The notes under the pieces were generated by a model. It searched no databases and was not told where the DNA came from. It was given only the letters and a program-made list of their open reading frames with translations. This document shows, piece by piece, positions 23,671 to 37,994 of a stretch of DNA of 64,000 bases; position 1 is the stretch's first letter, and each line of letters begins with the position of its first letter. This DNA is from Cetorhinus maximus (taxonomy: Eukaryota), in assembly GCF_964194155.1 (NCBI RefSeq), contig NC_135892.1:11284001-11348000 (forward strand), read 5' to 3'. The translations under genes and the position numbers were made by a program.

Positions 23671-25539
23671 GTGTAGGCATTTTCCCAGAATGGGTGTGCT
23701 TAAAATATAACTAACATGATGATAAAATCATTTTTGTGGTCATGGAAATCAGGCAGAGTGTTTTATGCAACCTTTGAGAGATGATACAGCTGAAACATCA
23801 GTTAAAAGCCCTGCTCATAAAAATGGCACTCAATAACACTTAATGAAAAAAATAAAATTATTGCTGGCTTTGTAATTCAAGTTCAGCTCTTATCCTAAAT
23901 TGGCTGAGTTTCTCTGCCTTTTAATAAGTGTGGATATTTTTTTTCTCGGGCATCACCTCTCAATTTTTCACAATGATCTAGAATTTACTACGTTGCTTTC
24001 GTAAGTGCAGTCCGTGCAATCATTGGAAAATTCCAATTTTTTAAGACTTTGGGTCAAGCTTGCAGATGCGAAAGTAGAATTGCAGCCAAGTTCTCGGTTG
24101 ATCCAAAACTATTAACTTGCTTAAGCTGAGAAAATAGTTCAGATTTCATAAATGTCTGTCATCGTGTTCGTAACGTTCCAGGGTGAGTTTGCTGCTTGAT
24201 TGTGAACAATTTATCGTTTGATACAGCTTCCATAAACATCTCCATTGTGCAAGTTAAGCTCTAGTGTCTAACTCTAAACTGTTGCTGGAGGCCCAGGCAT
24301 TATTCCTTTTTTCATCGAGCACACTACAGTTTTGTTTTCTGAAGAGATTATGTTTCCCTGGCCAAGTTCCTGTGAAGTTGGCAGCTGTCATTTACAGCAG
24401 TGTTCTGTCACATGTACCCACAGTGCAGAGTTAAAACTATTCTGACTTTGTTTGCCTTTAACAAAACCTATTTCCTCCTTTGTTTCCATCTAAGGATCAT
24501 GCTTCTGATTTAAGGTGGACAAAAGAGGTCCACAGAATACATTCAGTACATACAGGAATCCTGAGCAGTGCCACAGCTTATACCTTTTTGTTTGCTGGCT
24601 TCGTGAGCATTCATGCCTGAAATGTTAAAGTAGCCAATGCAAACTATAATATTCCACACACCAGCACAGCGTGTGGTTCGATATTCAGGAGGCCAAGTCT
24701 TAATGTAGAAATAATAAGTCCTAGTGCTTTAAAAGCTATTTCAAGCCTATTGACAATCCTTTCCCAAAGCTACAAGGTGCCACAGCAAAAGTCTCATGAC
24801 GGAGCTCCGGTCAGGGCATGTGGAGTCAGGGGCCAGTTAGTAGGATACATTGGACGATGGCTTGAAATCTTAACATGAGAGAGAGGAGTAAGCCATTCCA
24901 CCACTCTTGCCTACTCTAGATGTTCAATAAGATCTTGGCTGGTCTGATTGACTCCGCTTTCCTGCTTGCCTGTCCCCATAACCCTTGACTCTCTTGTCGA
25001 TCAGAAAACTGCCTAACGCAGCCTTGAATATATTCAATGACTCAGCCTTTGCTGCTGTCTGTGAAGAGAATTCCAAAGACTAAAGACCCTCTGAGAGACC
25101 CTAAAATCAGAGGGTAGGATTTATGAGAAGATTCTCAGATTGGCAGAAGGTGCAAAGTGATAGTCTACAGGGATAATAACTCACATAGCACCTTTAACGT
25201 AATGAAACACCCCAAGGCACTTCCCAGAAGCTTCATAAAATAAAATATAACACTGATCCATATGAGACATTGGGACAGGTGGGCAAAAGCTCGTTCAAAG
25301 AGGTAGGTTTTAAGGATTGTTTTAAAGGAGGAAAGCGAGGTAGAGAACTGGAGAGGTTTAGGGAAGGAATTCCAGAGCTTTGGGCCTAGGCAACTGAAGG
25401 CACGGTGGAGTGATTTAAAATTAGGGGTGTCCAGGAGGCCAGAATTAGAGGAGCGCAGATATCTTGGAGGATTGTGGAGCTGGAGGAAATTACAGAGATC
25501 TGTGCTGGGACTGCAGGTTTTTTCTAACCGTACAACTAA

Positions 25540-26350
25540 CTGCTTGGACTCCAGTTGGAGTTATGGTACCATTTGAAGATGATGCTAAATTGGTGATTGT
25601 AGTGTATGATGTCAGCACCGTAATACAGGAAGGCATAACTAGGCCTGCAGAGTGGGTGGATAAATGACAAATGAAGTTCAATATAGCAAAGTGTGAGGTA
25701 TTTCATTTTGATGGAAGGCATAATGAGGACATTCATTTCTTGTAAGGTAAGTAACTAAATGGGACAAAGGTCTGGGGTTGCAGATACATAAATCACTAAA
25801 GTCATGCAAGCTGCTAAGGCCTTAAAGTGTGTGAACAAAGTAATTTGGTCCCTTTTAGAGGAATATGGAACTTAGGTTAGACCACGCCCATTAGAACACT
25901 TCTAGCACAGTTCTAGTTTCTATACTATTAAAAGGATATTGGAGAAAGCGCAGAAAAAAAATTGACAAGGATGTTACCAGAATTGAGACGATGCAACCTG
26001 CAAGGAAGCGTAAGCAGCCTGGAGTGGCTTTTCTGGAAGATTTAGGATTAAGAGGAGATTTGATGGAGTCTTTAACATTATGAAGAGGTTCACTAGATTG
26101 CATGTGGGGAAGCTGTTCTCACTTCTGGGTGAGTCCAGAATTAGGGGGCTAAATATTGTAGGTCACACTGCAATATGGTGTGTTTGTAGCAAATAACATT
26201 GAAGCATTTAAGGGAAGGATTGATGCGTACTTGAGAAAGGAATATGCAGGCAGAATGGGAGGCGCTACTTAGATTCAGACTAACTGGCCTATGTCAGGGT
26301 TTGCACTCCACAATAGCTTCCTCTGAATCTGTGCTGTAGATTCACAATGT
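25540..26350 (+). mobile_element. Old CR1 LINE fragment
   Basis: FEDDAKL...WVDK.QMKFN remnants; GTTAGACCAC and AGAGGAGATTTGAT blocks. Confidence 0.65.
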
Positions 26351-26371
26351 GAGTTGTTTGAACTGTTAATT

Positions 26372-26710
26372 CACAGAATCTCACAGTGCAGAAGAGGCCC
26401 TTCAGCCCATCGAGTCTGCACCGACACGTGAGAAACGCCTGACCTACCTAACTAATCCCATTTACCAGCACTTGGCCCATAGCCTTGAATGTTATGACGT
26501 GCCAAGTGCTCATCCAGGTACTTTTTAAAGGATGTGAGGCAACCCACCTCCACCACCCTCCCAGGCAGCGCATTCCAGACCATCACCACCCTCTGGGTAA
26601 AAAAGTTTTTCCCCTCATCCCCCTAAACCTCCTCACCTTGAACTTGTGTCCCCTCATTACTGACCCTTCAACTAGGGGGGACAGCTGCTCCCTATCCACC
26701 CTGTCCATGC
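26372..26710 (-). mobile_element. CR1 (HER1-like) 3' end
   Basis: ACAGTGCAGAAGAGGCCCTTCAGCCCATCGAGTCTGCAC is the reverse of the CR1 tail. Confidence 0.8.
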
Positions 26711-27629
26711 AAATCGTCCATGATTTGGCTGCATGATGACATTACCCTCCAAATTTCCACACACAGCATCAGAATCTTGCTTGAAGATGTTGATGTGCCT
26801 GCCCCTATTAATAACACTTCATTGTTTCCATTAATGTTTTTTTTCTGAAAACTGAATTATTGGGCTAAATGTAACAGGCGCAGTGGTGATGGTTGTAATG
26901 GGAGAGCCAAAGCCAATCTTGCTGCAGCCACTTCCAGGAGCCCTAAGCAGACACTTAGCTGCCTCACTAAATTATCAGACTGCTTACCCTAAATCCAGCA
27001 CTGGATGAGCAGAAATTTCCACCGATTCACTATTTTTGGTCTCCGCTCCAAACAACTACTGACTCCATCCCTCTCCCTGGCAGCAGCCTGTTTGTTTGTA
27101 ACTTTGGTGTGACACTTGATCCAAAGATGAGCTTCCAACCTCCTGTTTGTGCCATCACTAAGGCCATCTATTTCCACTACCGTAACATCGCCCCATTTCA
27201 GCTCATCAGGCTGTTGAACCCTTCATTCCTGCCTTGGTTACCTTTAGACACGACTATCCTAACATACTCCTGGCTTGTCTCCCAAATTCTACCGGCTTGG
27301 AACAAGATAGCTTGTGACAGGAGGGTATAAATTAGGGTAATTAATTAAACATTTGCAATTGTCGGACATGCTTGAGAGAAATATTTTATTAACATGGAGT
27401 AACTCAGAAGTAACTTGAATGTTTCATGAATCCTGACATTCACAGATCATAAGTAGAGATGTTTGTAATTGTTACCTGCATTTTAAAATTAAGTTTTTCA
27501 CATACTACTGATTGTTGAATAATTTCACGCTCTATTCATTGGATGCCTCATCATTAGTTCAATGTATTTCGCTGTATTTTGAACAAATTTGGGAGTCTAT
27601 AGAGTTGTTAATTTTCTTGATATTTTTCT

Positions 27630-27910
27630 TTTATTCGTTCATGGGATGTGGGCATCACTGGCAAGGCCAGGATTTGTTTCCCATCCCTAGTTGCCCTTGA
27701 GAAGGTGGTGGTGAGCTGCCTTCTTGAACTGCTGCAGTCCAGGTGGTGTAGGGCCAGCCACAGTGCTGTTCGGGAGGGAGTTTCAGGATTTTGACCCAGT
27801 GACAACTCAGGATGGCGTGTAACTTAGAGGCAAACTTGCAGGTGTTGGTGTTCCCATGTGTCAACTGCCCTAGTCCTTTTAGGTGGTAGAGGTTTGGTTT
27901 TGGAAGATTC
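27630..27910 (-). mobile_element. LINE 3' end (family unassigned); further copies ~30793-31080 and ~50525-50712
   Basis: Shared GGTGGTGGTGAGCTGCCTTCTTGAAC..CTGCAGTCC block. Confidence 0.6.
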
Positions 27911-28177
27911 TTGTTTTGCTAATCTGGACGTTTTGTTAGTCTAACCAGAATTTTTGCAGGAGAATGGTTTGTCAAAGGGAATGTAGAATATATTATGTTT
28001 TAAATAAAATATATTTTTGAAAGTAAGTACTCTATTAAATCTAGCAAAGAAAAACTCTTTCACTGCAGATCAATTTTGATGTTAAGTGAATCCTGTTCCA
28101 AAAACTGATTGCTTTATTAGCCTAAACCTTATTTTCAGAGTAAAACTGCACCTCAATGATTCTTTTTCCTTTTTCAG

Positions 28178-28244
28178 TTGGACCCTCTTGAGCAAGCCAA
28201 GCTGGATTTAGCCTCTGCTTATGCATTGAATTCAATGTTTTGGA
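28178..28244 (+). CDS. C1D: C1D coding exon 2
   Basis: ttttcag| acceptor, [22 protein letters not shown] + 1 nt, |gtaagt donor; 67 nt. Confidence 0.97.
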
Positions 28245-28353
28245 GTAAGTATTGCTGATCTTTTGTGTGTCTGGTGGATGCTATAACATTTATTTTCCAT
28301 TTTTTTCCCCCCGGAGGCATATTGTAATAACCTGTTTCTTCTTTGCTTCTTAG

Positions 28354-28409
28354 TATACCTCATCACACAAGGAATTAACCCCAAAGAACATGCTGTCAAA
28401 CAGGAATTG
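28354..28409 (+). CDS. C1D: C1D coding exon 3
   Basis: cttcttag| acceptor, completes the split Ile codon then YLITQGINPKEHAVKQEL, |gtaaga donor; 56 nt; preceded by a 109-bp intron. Confidence 0.97.
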
Positions 28410-28654
28410 GTAAGATAGTGCTTGTGGTCTGTGCATGGTCTTGGTTTTAATCGCTTGGGTGGTCATGAGTTGTCAAAAATATCATTACAAAAGAACTTTT
28501 ATAGCCAGCAACTGACCTTAAGGCTACCTCCCACTATTTCAAGTTTCAAAACTATAAAGTATTACAGACTCTTCAAAATCACGTGGTACCCAGGTGGAAT
28601 TGAGAGAGAGAATCTGTTCTGATGGCGGTTGTAGGAGGTGGGGGGGAAGGTCAA

Positions 28655-28945
28655 GAATCAGAGAGAACAGATATAAGGTGATTGGCAAAAAACAGCATGA
28701 GGTCGACCGGTTTAATGCAGAGAGTGCTTAGGATCTGGAATTTGCTGCCTGGGATTGTGGTGGAGGTAGATTCAATCGTGACTTTCAAAAGGGACTTGGA
28801 TAAATACTTGAAGAGGAAAAAAACTTGCAGGACTAGGGGAAAGGGTGGGGGAATGAAACCAGTGAAATTGCTCTCGCAGACAGGCAGCACTGACATGATG
28901 GGCCGAATAGCCTCATTCTGTGCTGTAACCATTCTACATTTATGA
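28655..28945 (+). mobile_element. CR1 3' end
   Basis: QRVLRIWNLLP...TFKRDLDKYL and the ATGGGCCGAATAGCCTC tail. Confidence 0.8.
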
Positions 28946-29002
28946 TTTGTGGTCTGCCCCTTGAACAGTGACACCATTATGATTGAACATGGATGAGCTG
29001 TA

Positions 29003-29410
29003 ACAAAAATGTTGGAAAAACTCAGCAGGCTTGGTAGTACCTGTGGAAGGAAAAACAGTTAAAGTTTCAGGTCATTATGAACAGCTTTCCCCACTTTTAC
29101 CTCCTCTGGGCCTATCTTGTGACATTATCATCCCCTTTTGTTTTGCCCCGTCATCTCTTTTGTTATTTCATCTCTCCTGCCTTCCACCTATCACAGACCT
29201 TCCCTTTTATTCTTTCCTCCCTCTTTCCCTGCTTCTGTACTTGTTTAAAACCCATTACATTTCTAACTTTTTCCAGTTCTAATGAAAGGTCATTGATCTG
29301 AAATGTTAACTATTCCTTTCTCCACAGATACTGCCAGATCTGCTGAGTATTTCCAGCATTTTCTGTTTTTACTTTAATCTTCCAGCATCCTCAGTATTTA
29401 GCTTTTGTAC
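29003..29410 (+). mobile_element. Penelope family-2 3' remnant with a short inverted end
   Basis: agtt-CTAATGA-aaggtcattgatct-GAAA-tg-TT-aact at 29275-29311, followed by the TCCACAGA...CTGCTGAGTATTTCCAGCA tail; inverted tail fragment at ~29003-29075. Confidence 0.65.
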
Positions 29411-32400
29411 AGAATGAGTTGTCGAGAACTCTAGTTGCTGGTATCATGTAACTTTCTGGGATGTTGCATCATTTAAAAAGCATTATTTTTGAATGTTTCT
29501 ACAGTATGTGTAATAACTGACTGCGGCAATACTCAAAGCACAATTTTGGTTGTAATTTTAATTGTTGTGGTTCCTTCAGTGATCTACATAGGTATGTCCC
29601 TCAGTCAAACTTCCATCATTTGCATCCACATCAAACAAAAACACAGTTTATAACCTGTTTATTCCAGTTGTGAAACCTACAGTAATTTGTCTGATATCGA
29701 CTTGAGTCGGTGGAACATATTTCTGAACATTTGATAGATTTCTATTGAACATTTTCTGCCGAAGTGCATGTGTACAGTAAAATCTATCATCTAACAAGAA
29801 GGGTGGGAAAGAAATGTGATATTTGAACAGTTTAGAATGACCCAGTGTCTCATATTGAATTTGATGTAAATCCTATCACAACATTAGAAACTGCTGCAGT
29901 TTGGGGGCCATGAATACCATCTGGATTGATTTTTTTTAAAATATATATATATATATTGCTCAGAGAATCCTGACATTTGGCTGCTAATGTTTCTTGCAAC
30001 AGCAAGAAAAATTCAAAGCAAATCATTGTGCACTGTGAAGAGAAAAAAAAGTTAATCAAATAAATCGAACATGGGAAGTTGCAGTCTTGCATAAATCACT
30101 CAGATGGTGTCTTGCCAAGAGGCTAGAGTGATGGGACTGGGTTGTAGCCAGATCTGAGTAGAAAGTAAAGTTAACTCCCCAAAGTGAGAAGTTATGGGAG
30201 CAAATACAACAGATCTGAAAATATGACCCTTAAGAAAATGCTTGTGACAGGCTTTGAATATTAAATACTAGAAGGGATTTTAATAGTTTATTGGTGGTTG
30301 TTATTCTTTTGTAGCTAAGAGACTGTTGGTGTGTATTTCTGTTAATCCCTTTAACTTCAGTTAACTTCAAACTTCTTTGTCATAAATGCCATGCTGATTG
30401 GTGTAGGCAACCATGGTCTTCCAAACTTGCTGATTGTAGCAACAGTAGGTGACCTTGTTGGAGTTCTGGTTAAGCCAGCCTTTAATGTTGTCTAGCTGCT
30501 TCCTTTCACTGTTGGCCTCTTGCTTTTCGTCCATTAACCCTTCTAGTGGTGATTAGGCTGCAACCCTTCTGCCCAGATAACATGTGGAATATCCAAGGAG
30601 ATGCTCCCTCCGTCAACAATGTATACAGTAAGTAGTTTGAAGGATAGGTAAGAAGGATGACACCAAGAGAACAAGAGAACTCTTAAATAATATCAAAACG
30701 GAGTTCTGCAAATATGTTATCTGCAAGCTTCCACCAAGAACAACAAGAATATCAAAAAAACACATTATCTAATCATTTAAGGGAAATTTTTTTTATTCAT
30801 TCATGGGAGGTGGGCATTGCTGGCTAGATTAGCATTTATTGCTCGTTCCTAATTACCAATGACGAGGTGGTGGTGAGCTGCCTTCTTGAACCACTGCAGT
30901 CCCATGTGGTGTAGGTACACCCGCAGTGCTGTTAGGGAGGAAGTTCTAGGATTTTGATCCAGCGACAGTAAAGGAACAGTGATATATTTCTAAGTCGGGA
31001 TGGCGTGTGACTTGGAAGGGAACTTGGTGCTCCCATGCACCTGCTGCCCTTATCCTTCTGAGTGTTAGAGGTTGTGACCAAGAACTGAAGATCTTAACCG
31101 CTGCTTTTCAAATAGTGCATGGAATCTTGTGCGTTCCACCTAAGGAGCTTTGTTTGGTTTAATCTGAAAGGCAGCACATCTGACAGTGCAGCACTCCATC
31201 GATTCTGCACCAAAGTGAGACAGGTGTCAGCCTGGCCTGTGCTCAAATTTCTAGAATAGTTTGAACATACAATCTTCTGACTCTCCTGATGGAAGAGCAC
31301 TACCGCTGAGCTGAGTCCAGCATCTAAAGCGATAGTTGAGAATGGGATCGCATTTTCCAAATGTAAAACCTGATAACTTGAAACAATCTTGTGTGGCCTC
31401 TTGTGTATTGAATGCCACTGTAAAACTGGAAGTCTCCACCTTTTATGTCATCTTCTAAAGTCTAAATGGTTTTGTCCTGTTTTGTTGCTGCCACTAAATG
31501 GAAGATTGTAGCCTGCGGACATTGTTGCAAATTGGCTACCATCATTTGCCAGCTTTTATTTAATTTTTATTTTCATTTCATTCAACCAAATGAGTCTGAT
31601 TTTTATCCAACCGGTGAAGTGAGCAGTTTTCGGTGAGCCTGTATGTGACAAAGTCAATGTCAGCACTTCATTTTTGGATGCTCTTTTAATTAGCAGTTCT
31701 GTATAACTTGATTAAATATCACTTCACAAATAAAACTGCTCAAAATCCATTAGATTAGAATTTCTTGAGTTTGATGTGATATCTTACAGCCAGCTGCATT
31801 GTGGGGGAAAATATAAACTCAGCAAGGGCTTCGTCACATTTTTCATTCTTTTTTAAAAAAAAAACACCACTGGGCAAAGGAGGAGGCCTTCACAAGTAAT
31901 CGTCTCAATTCACCAAACACTGGTACCTTTAAGATTTTTGATCTATACATGAGTTCTTAATGTACCTGAATTCTGAAGATATAGGTTATGCATAAGGAAA
32001 TGATGAACTACGCAGAAGTAAGTACAATAAAGCATGCTGCCTTTCAAGGGCAGGTAGCCACTATTTGTCTGCCCATTTCATGAGTCAGTGTTCAGGATGA
32101 CCTATTTGCTTGAAACATCAACTCCTTGCAGTCAGAAGGAACATTAAAGTGCCTGGTAAATGATGTTCTGGCTACAAGTGTCCAACTATTGCTTTTGGGG
32201 TTATAGAAATACTGGATTAATTGGATGTTACGACATTGGCATCTTAACGGTCTCAACTAGATTTATTTCCGAGTTGCATCCTGTTAACCTGCTGCAAATT
32301 GTGATTTAAGACGGCAGTGATTATGCCTCTGTTGCTAATTCCTCAAAGTGCAGCTTTTTGATTATTAGCCAGGAGCACAGTGACCACTGTGTGCCACGAT

Positions 32401-34339
32401 ACCTGCTGTTAGGGTTAATGGGATGATTTGAGCTCCAGCTATGGTTAGTGTCTATGCCCTTGTTCCTCCTCCAGGTTAATGCCTCTGTCCCTCTTTCCCC
32501 TTACTAAAACATATTCTTGAATTTGTAGTTAGAGACGATTCATCAGTATCAGCTTCCATGTTTTGAATAGCTTGAGCTTGATAGTTTTATGATGCCGTCT
32601 GAACCTGCCGTATGATGCTCCTAACTAGTACTCCAATTGAATAGAACCGATTTTGTACTGGGCAAAAAGGTTTGGGGGGGGATGGGGTGGGGGTTCTGTT
32701 GCGTATGCCTGTCAAAGTTATCTTGGCTGGAGTAACTTCAAATCAATTATAAAAATTTTTAAAGATCTCCTGTAGTGGAGTTGGGTGTTTAGCCGCTAAA
32801 CTGACCCACCTTCTTTAAGACTACTGCTCTTAAAAGACACATTAAAATAATTGTAGCTGCATATAATCAAAATCTGTAAGATTGCAGTTGTAACAGTCAT
32901 TTCAGACTTGAAGGTCACTAGCAGGGTTTCACCTCTCTTTATGATTGTTCTGCATTTGTGACATTCAAGTTTTAATTTTTAGCAAGTTTTAAAAATGTAA
33001 AATTTAAAAAAAAACATTTTTACATTTTCTGTCTCTCACTTTCTTTCTTTCTTTCCTTACTGCACCTGATTTGACATTAGATTCACCCACTCTGCGCTTC
33101 CTTCCCCAGCCCTTGTGCAGTTTATTTTACAATCCTTCAATGTGATTGATTAACGAAATACAGTTTCTTTCCCTGTTCACTCGGGTCTCATGCCCTGCTT
33201 CCCTCGGTGTGATGTTATTGGCTTGATGTTTCAGCAATTTGCCATGCAAAGAAATTTAGGAAACTCAATGTGCAAGGGTAAGCCTAACTAACGTCAGGCA
33301 CCGTCAGGCTACGGTGAATGATGGTCCTGTATTTTTCTTATCCAACAAGCCAACCATTTGAAAGGTACAGAGGAATGCTCCAGGAATAGTAAATACTAGA
33401 GCCAGAGTGCCTGTAGCCTATGTCCTTTCCAAAACAGTTTTAAATTATATTTAAATCACACTGGGTCCTGATCTGCAGAAACTAAATGCTGAATAAACAC
33501 GGCCAGAATTTAGTTAGTAGCTTTTAACTCTGTGGCTTTAAAGGGCCATAGCTTCACTGTAATATAATTATAGAATTATATGGCATATGCTCCTGTTCCT
33601 TTATAATGCAAGTTATGTGATGTAGCTTGCAACACCATGGGTCATCATCTAGCAAATGAATGCTTATATATAGCAAAAATATATTCCAGTAATTAAGTAA
33701 GATAAATGGAAGGTAGTGGGGTCGTTTAAGCCTTTGGCATGGTCACCTCAGGCCCAGGTAAAGATTTCCTGCTCAGGGTTGCAACCAAGGCCAACGGCAG
33801 AATCAGCAAATCTTGGTGGTGATGACAAAAGAGCTAGAACTTTGAGGGACAATGCCTACTTATGGGCAGAGGATCCTCCTGGAAGAGGACTTAAGCACAC
33901 CTAAGGAAGGTAATGGGAAACTGCCTTGTGTACTCTTTTCCCTGGTCATATTGCTAATTGAAGTTTAAAATGGAAGGCTCCTATGAGCAGCTGAAGAGGA
34001 AAGCACAAGATCATGAGGTGTGGAGAAATGAGCAGAGAACCTGCCCTTAGGCAGATCACTACCACATACTGTGTTTAGGAATATAGGAGCATGTTTCCAC
34101 TACCTTTTGTGCAAAAGATGTGCTTCCTGATATCACTACTGATGACCTACCTCTAATATTAAGATTGTGTCCCCTTGTTCTGGATTCCTCTCCCAATAGA
34201 ACTAACATTTCTATCCTAGTAACTAGTGACTATCCTATTGATTTATTGTTTTAAACACTTCAATTAGATCACTCCATAGCTCTCTAAACTCGAGGGAATA
34301 CAACCCAAGTTTATGGCTGTTAGGATCTGCTTCTGCCAT

Positions 34340-35100
34340 ATTGTGTATATTTTCTCATCCATGCCACACTTAGGATACTGGCAGATGGGTGATTTCTCTG
34401 TCCTCTGAATGAAGGAGTCACTGGACACTGGAGAACTACCGGTAGATTGGAAACAATCTACCATAGTACCCATTTTCAAGAAGCATGACAAAGCAGACAA
34501 AGGCATCCAATGACCATTAATCTTCTTTCCTTGTAAAATAAAATGTATTGGGTAAACTTGAGGATTATCTGTACAATAATTAGCTAAACAACAGTCAATC
34601 ATGAAGAGAGAGCTCTAGACTGACCACCTTGATCTTTTTTGGGAAAATAAAACACCTAAGTGATCTGTGGTAAGCCCAATCTTTACTTAGACTTCAGAAA
34701 GGCATTTGACAAAGTTCCCCATGAAAGGCTCTTGGTTAGCTCAAAGCCTGAGGTCTGAAGGTAACGCTTGGGAATGGATAAGAAAGCAATGGGTACCTGT
34801 TAGTGGTTCTTTCAGGGTGGGTACAAGTAATGAATGGTGATCAGCGTTAGACCAAAACTTTCTAATCTACATTATTGACTTGAATTCAGAAATTCAATGC
34901 AAATTAGTCAGACTCACGTGTGAAACAGAGCCTTAGACTTGGAAGAGGTAGCTCAGAAAATACAAAATGAATTGGCCAAAGTATGAGCAGTAGTAGATGT
35001 AGGTAAGTGTAAAGTGCTGTGCATGATGAAAACAGATGCTGTAACTTGTGCGTGACTGGTGTTGAAATAGCTATGGGTGAAATTGACCATGAAGGTGAAG
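34340..35100 (+). mobile_element. Old CR1 RT fragment
   Basis: P.DWK...I.PIFKK and YLDFRKAFDKVPHERL (TACTTAGACTTCAGAAAGGCATTTGACAAAGTTCCCCATGAAAGGCTC). Confidence 0.75.
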
Positions 35101-37665
35101 TGATCAGAGAAATTTCTGATTTTCAAGATAGAAAACAATTTTATGGAGTTACCATTTCTGTGTTAAATTAATTTGCGAGAATAGGACAATAGATACTGGT
35201 TCAATGTAGTATTTGGGAAATTTAGAACTGATAATCAGGAAATACTTCACACAACGAAAAATCAACACAGGGGCTGGACTGAGTATAGAATAGCAGAGGG
35301 AAAAATATCAATGTTTGATTCAAGAAACTTCATTGGAAGGGAAGAAAGTAAAATCAAACCTGTTTTATGGATCGTTTAACATCATAAATTAGAAAATTGG
35401 CTTGCATTCTTTTTAATTTTGGTAATGACTGTGCAATTTAAGCCTGCCAGGTGTTTCAAAATTCCAGCCAGGGTTGACATGCAGTGTGTTTTTCGTGTTT
35501 TGAGAGAGTGCTACTCCCTGAGGCTGAGGGAGATAAGATAATTAGAATGAGGAAGACTTATGAAATGCACAAACTGCCAAAGCTGTAACCATGCAGAGTT
35601 ATTTCTAATTTTCAAGTGAAGCTTTAGAACAGTTTGCTCATCTCAAGTTCTTAATTCCCCTCCTTCCTTGGTGCCCTTCATAAGATGAAAACCATGCTGT
35701 GAATGATTTACTAGTACAACATAAGCCATAATTACTACTTCTTATTCCAGATGCGACTTTCTCACTGCCTCGTATATTTATTTCTTCGCTGTAAAGTATC
35801 TAGTTCAGCACTTAGGCTGAAAGCTTTTTTGGCACCGTTATGACTGTCCTGACCTGTCCAAATGACATTTTCATCTGGTTTTCATCACTTTAAGACAACA
35901 TGTCTCTTGATGAATATTTCGAAACCTACTTTCTTTTCTGTTTTTTTTGTTGGGAAAATGAAGTCAAAACTCCATCCAGTCTGCCTGGCTTTCAACTGTT
36001 CCTTTGCTGTTTGTAAAACTCATTTTGCTGTGGTGAAACATCTAGGCGATGAGACCAAGTCGTTCCATTTGTACCTAATGTATTTGGAGAGGGTTGCGTA
36101 TAACTGATCTATGAATTAAATAATTGTTTTGTTGTGGATTATCTCAAGTGTGCCATAGTTTGGCTGTTAACAGTTCGGCTGTGGCTTAAGCTTTTTGTGA
36201 CGTCACTAGCCAACAATAAGTGACGATAGCCATTCTGGAGGAGACTGTCCCTCTCTCTCACTGGTTCTATGTATGTTTGAACTGATGATCGCCATTAGAG
36301 CTGATGATGATGTTTTGGCTGAAATAATATAATCTGTCATATTTGCGCATGTATCCAAGACACCGCTGAATTTGTTGCTCTTTTGATTTGTTCAGTGGTG
36401 TTTTTGTTTAATTTTGTCTACTATGGTGGCCCTTTTTCTGAACTAGAATTTTTCATTTTGCAGCACTTGAATTTTATCATCAGTGTGGCGGCTACACTGA
36501 ACGCGGTGGGTGGGGGGGGATAGAGTGGCTTCTGGGGTGACTGGATCAAACTAGATTTTGAAATGGCTTTGCTGATCTTTGCCTCCTGGTGGGTGTGAGA
36601 GATTTAGCAGGCCTGGTGGGGTGGGTGTGGGTGGCAGGGCGGTGGGGGGGGGAGGAATAAAAGCAATTTCATTTGGAATTTGTGCAAACGTTTTGAAATT
36701 GATCACATGGGAGATAATTCAAAGAGTTGTTTGTCCAAATCACTTTTTTTTTTGGTAGTGTGATGTCTTTTTCACAATTCTGGAACATAAAACTTTATGG
36801 AGATATGGGAGGGAATTCTGAGCCTTTTTGTTGTTTGACATGAAATTTGTCCACTTTTTTTAATCAAAGTGGCACTATATTCTTTAATTCTTGTGCCATT
36901 TTACCCTCGTGGTGGATTTTTAAAAAAAATAGGAAATGCGCATGGTTTTGTAGTGTGAATTAATTCTTAATTTCTGAGGTTTTACAAAAGCCTTACACTT
37001 GCTGAAAGTGGTTAAATGTTGAAGTGTTGAGCTTTTTTTTAGGCGCCTTTTCATGTAGATTACTTGGGTTAATTGTTGCACGGAGAGCATTGAACAGAGG
37101 GGAGTGATTACAATGAAATCTAAAAGAAGGGTTCAGATGACTATAAAGTGAGCAAGGCTCAAGTGGTTTTATTGTTCAAAGCTTAGCAATATTGCTTCAC
37201 GAATTCACTCTTGCCTAGATATATTTTTTTATATACTTTTCCTTTTAAAACTTAGATGCGCACAGTTGAGTCAAAACTGATTTAGGGAATGTGCTAGGTG
37301 TCTGCGCAAGTGTTTTCTGCTCTCCTCTTCCTCCCCCACCATTCAACTTTATGTTTAAGGCCCTTGTAAAATTGGAATGGGTTCAGTGCCATAGGGAGTT
37401 TGTTGAAATGGTGCAAAAGCATTTGAGTTCATTTAAAAAATGTATCTAATTGAAAGTATGACAATGTTCTACTCTCATGACACGGGTTGTGTTGTATGCA
37501 GTGTCAGTTTACTTGCGTAAATGCTAGTATGTGTTCTTATGCAGAAGGCAGGCAAGATCAAGTTGAGGTTAATCACTGTCTTCCTTGAACTATAGTGGAT
37601 TGGAGACGCTTCTCTAAAGTGCCTTTTTTTTTGGTGTGTGTGTGTGTGTGAATTTGATGTTGTAG

Positions 37666-37827
37666 GAGCGGATAAGGACCTACATGAACAAAGTGAAAGA
37701 GCTAACGGACCGCCAGAAGGCATCGCGACTGGACAAGGGAGCAGCATCGCGAATTGTTCGGAATGCATTGTGGGAGGCAAAGCCAGAAGGAAGGTCAAAA
37801 ATACCATCCCAATCGTCACATCATTGA
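37666..37827 (+). CDS. C1D: C1D coding exon 4 (terminal)
   Basis: tgtag| acceptor, [53 protein letters not shown] then TGA; spliced total 141 aa. Confidence 0.95.
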   Translation, partial: ERIRTYMNKVKELTDRQKASRLDKGAASRIVRNALWEAKPEGRSKIPSQSSHH

Positions 37828-37988
37828 AAAAGCAAAGAAAATTCAGTATTGTAAGAACAAACGAGGAGTAACTTTGACAAGAGCTTTCCTTGTCACGCCA
37901 CCGGGTGTCAGTAATGTTTAACATTATAGTTTGTTTTTATTTTTTGTTTTAAAAAAAAGTTGCACATGAATTTTTATTTTTCTTCCCA

Positions 37989-37994
37989 AATAAA
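37989..37994 (+). promoter_or_regulatory. Candidate polyadenylation signal of C1D
   Basis: AATAAA about 160 nt after the stop, followed by T-rich sequence; more distal signals are possible. Confidence 0.4.

Noticed and set aside
37638-37871. ORF-track frame over C1D exon 4
   Set aside because: Wrong frame; the C1D-homologous frame starts at 37666 ([10 protein letters not shown]).
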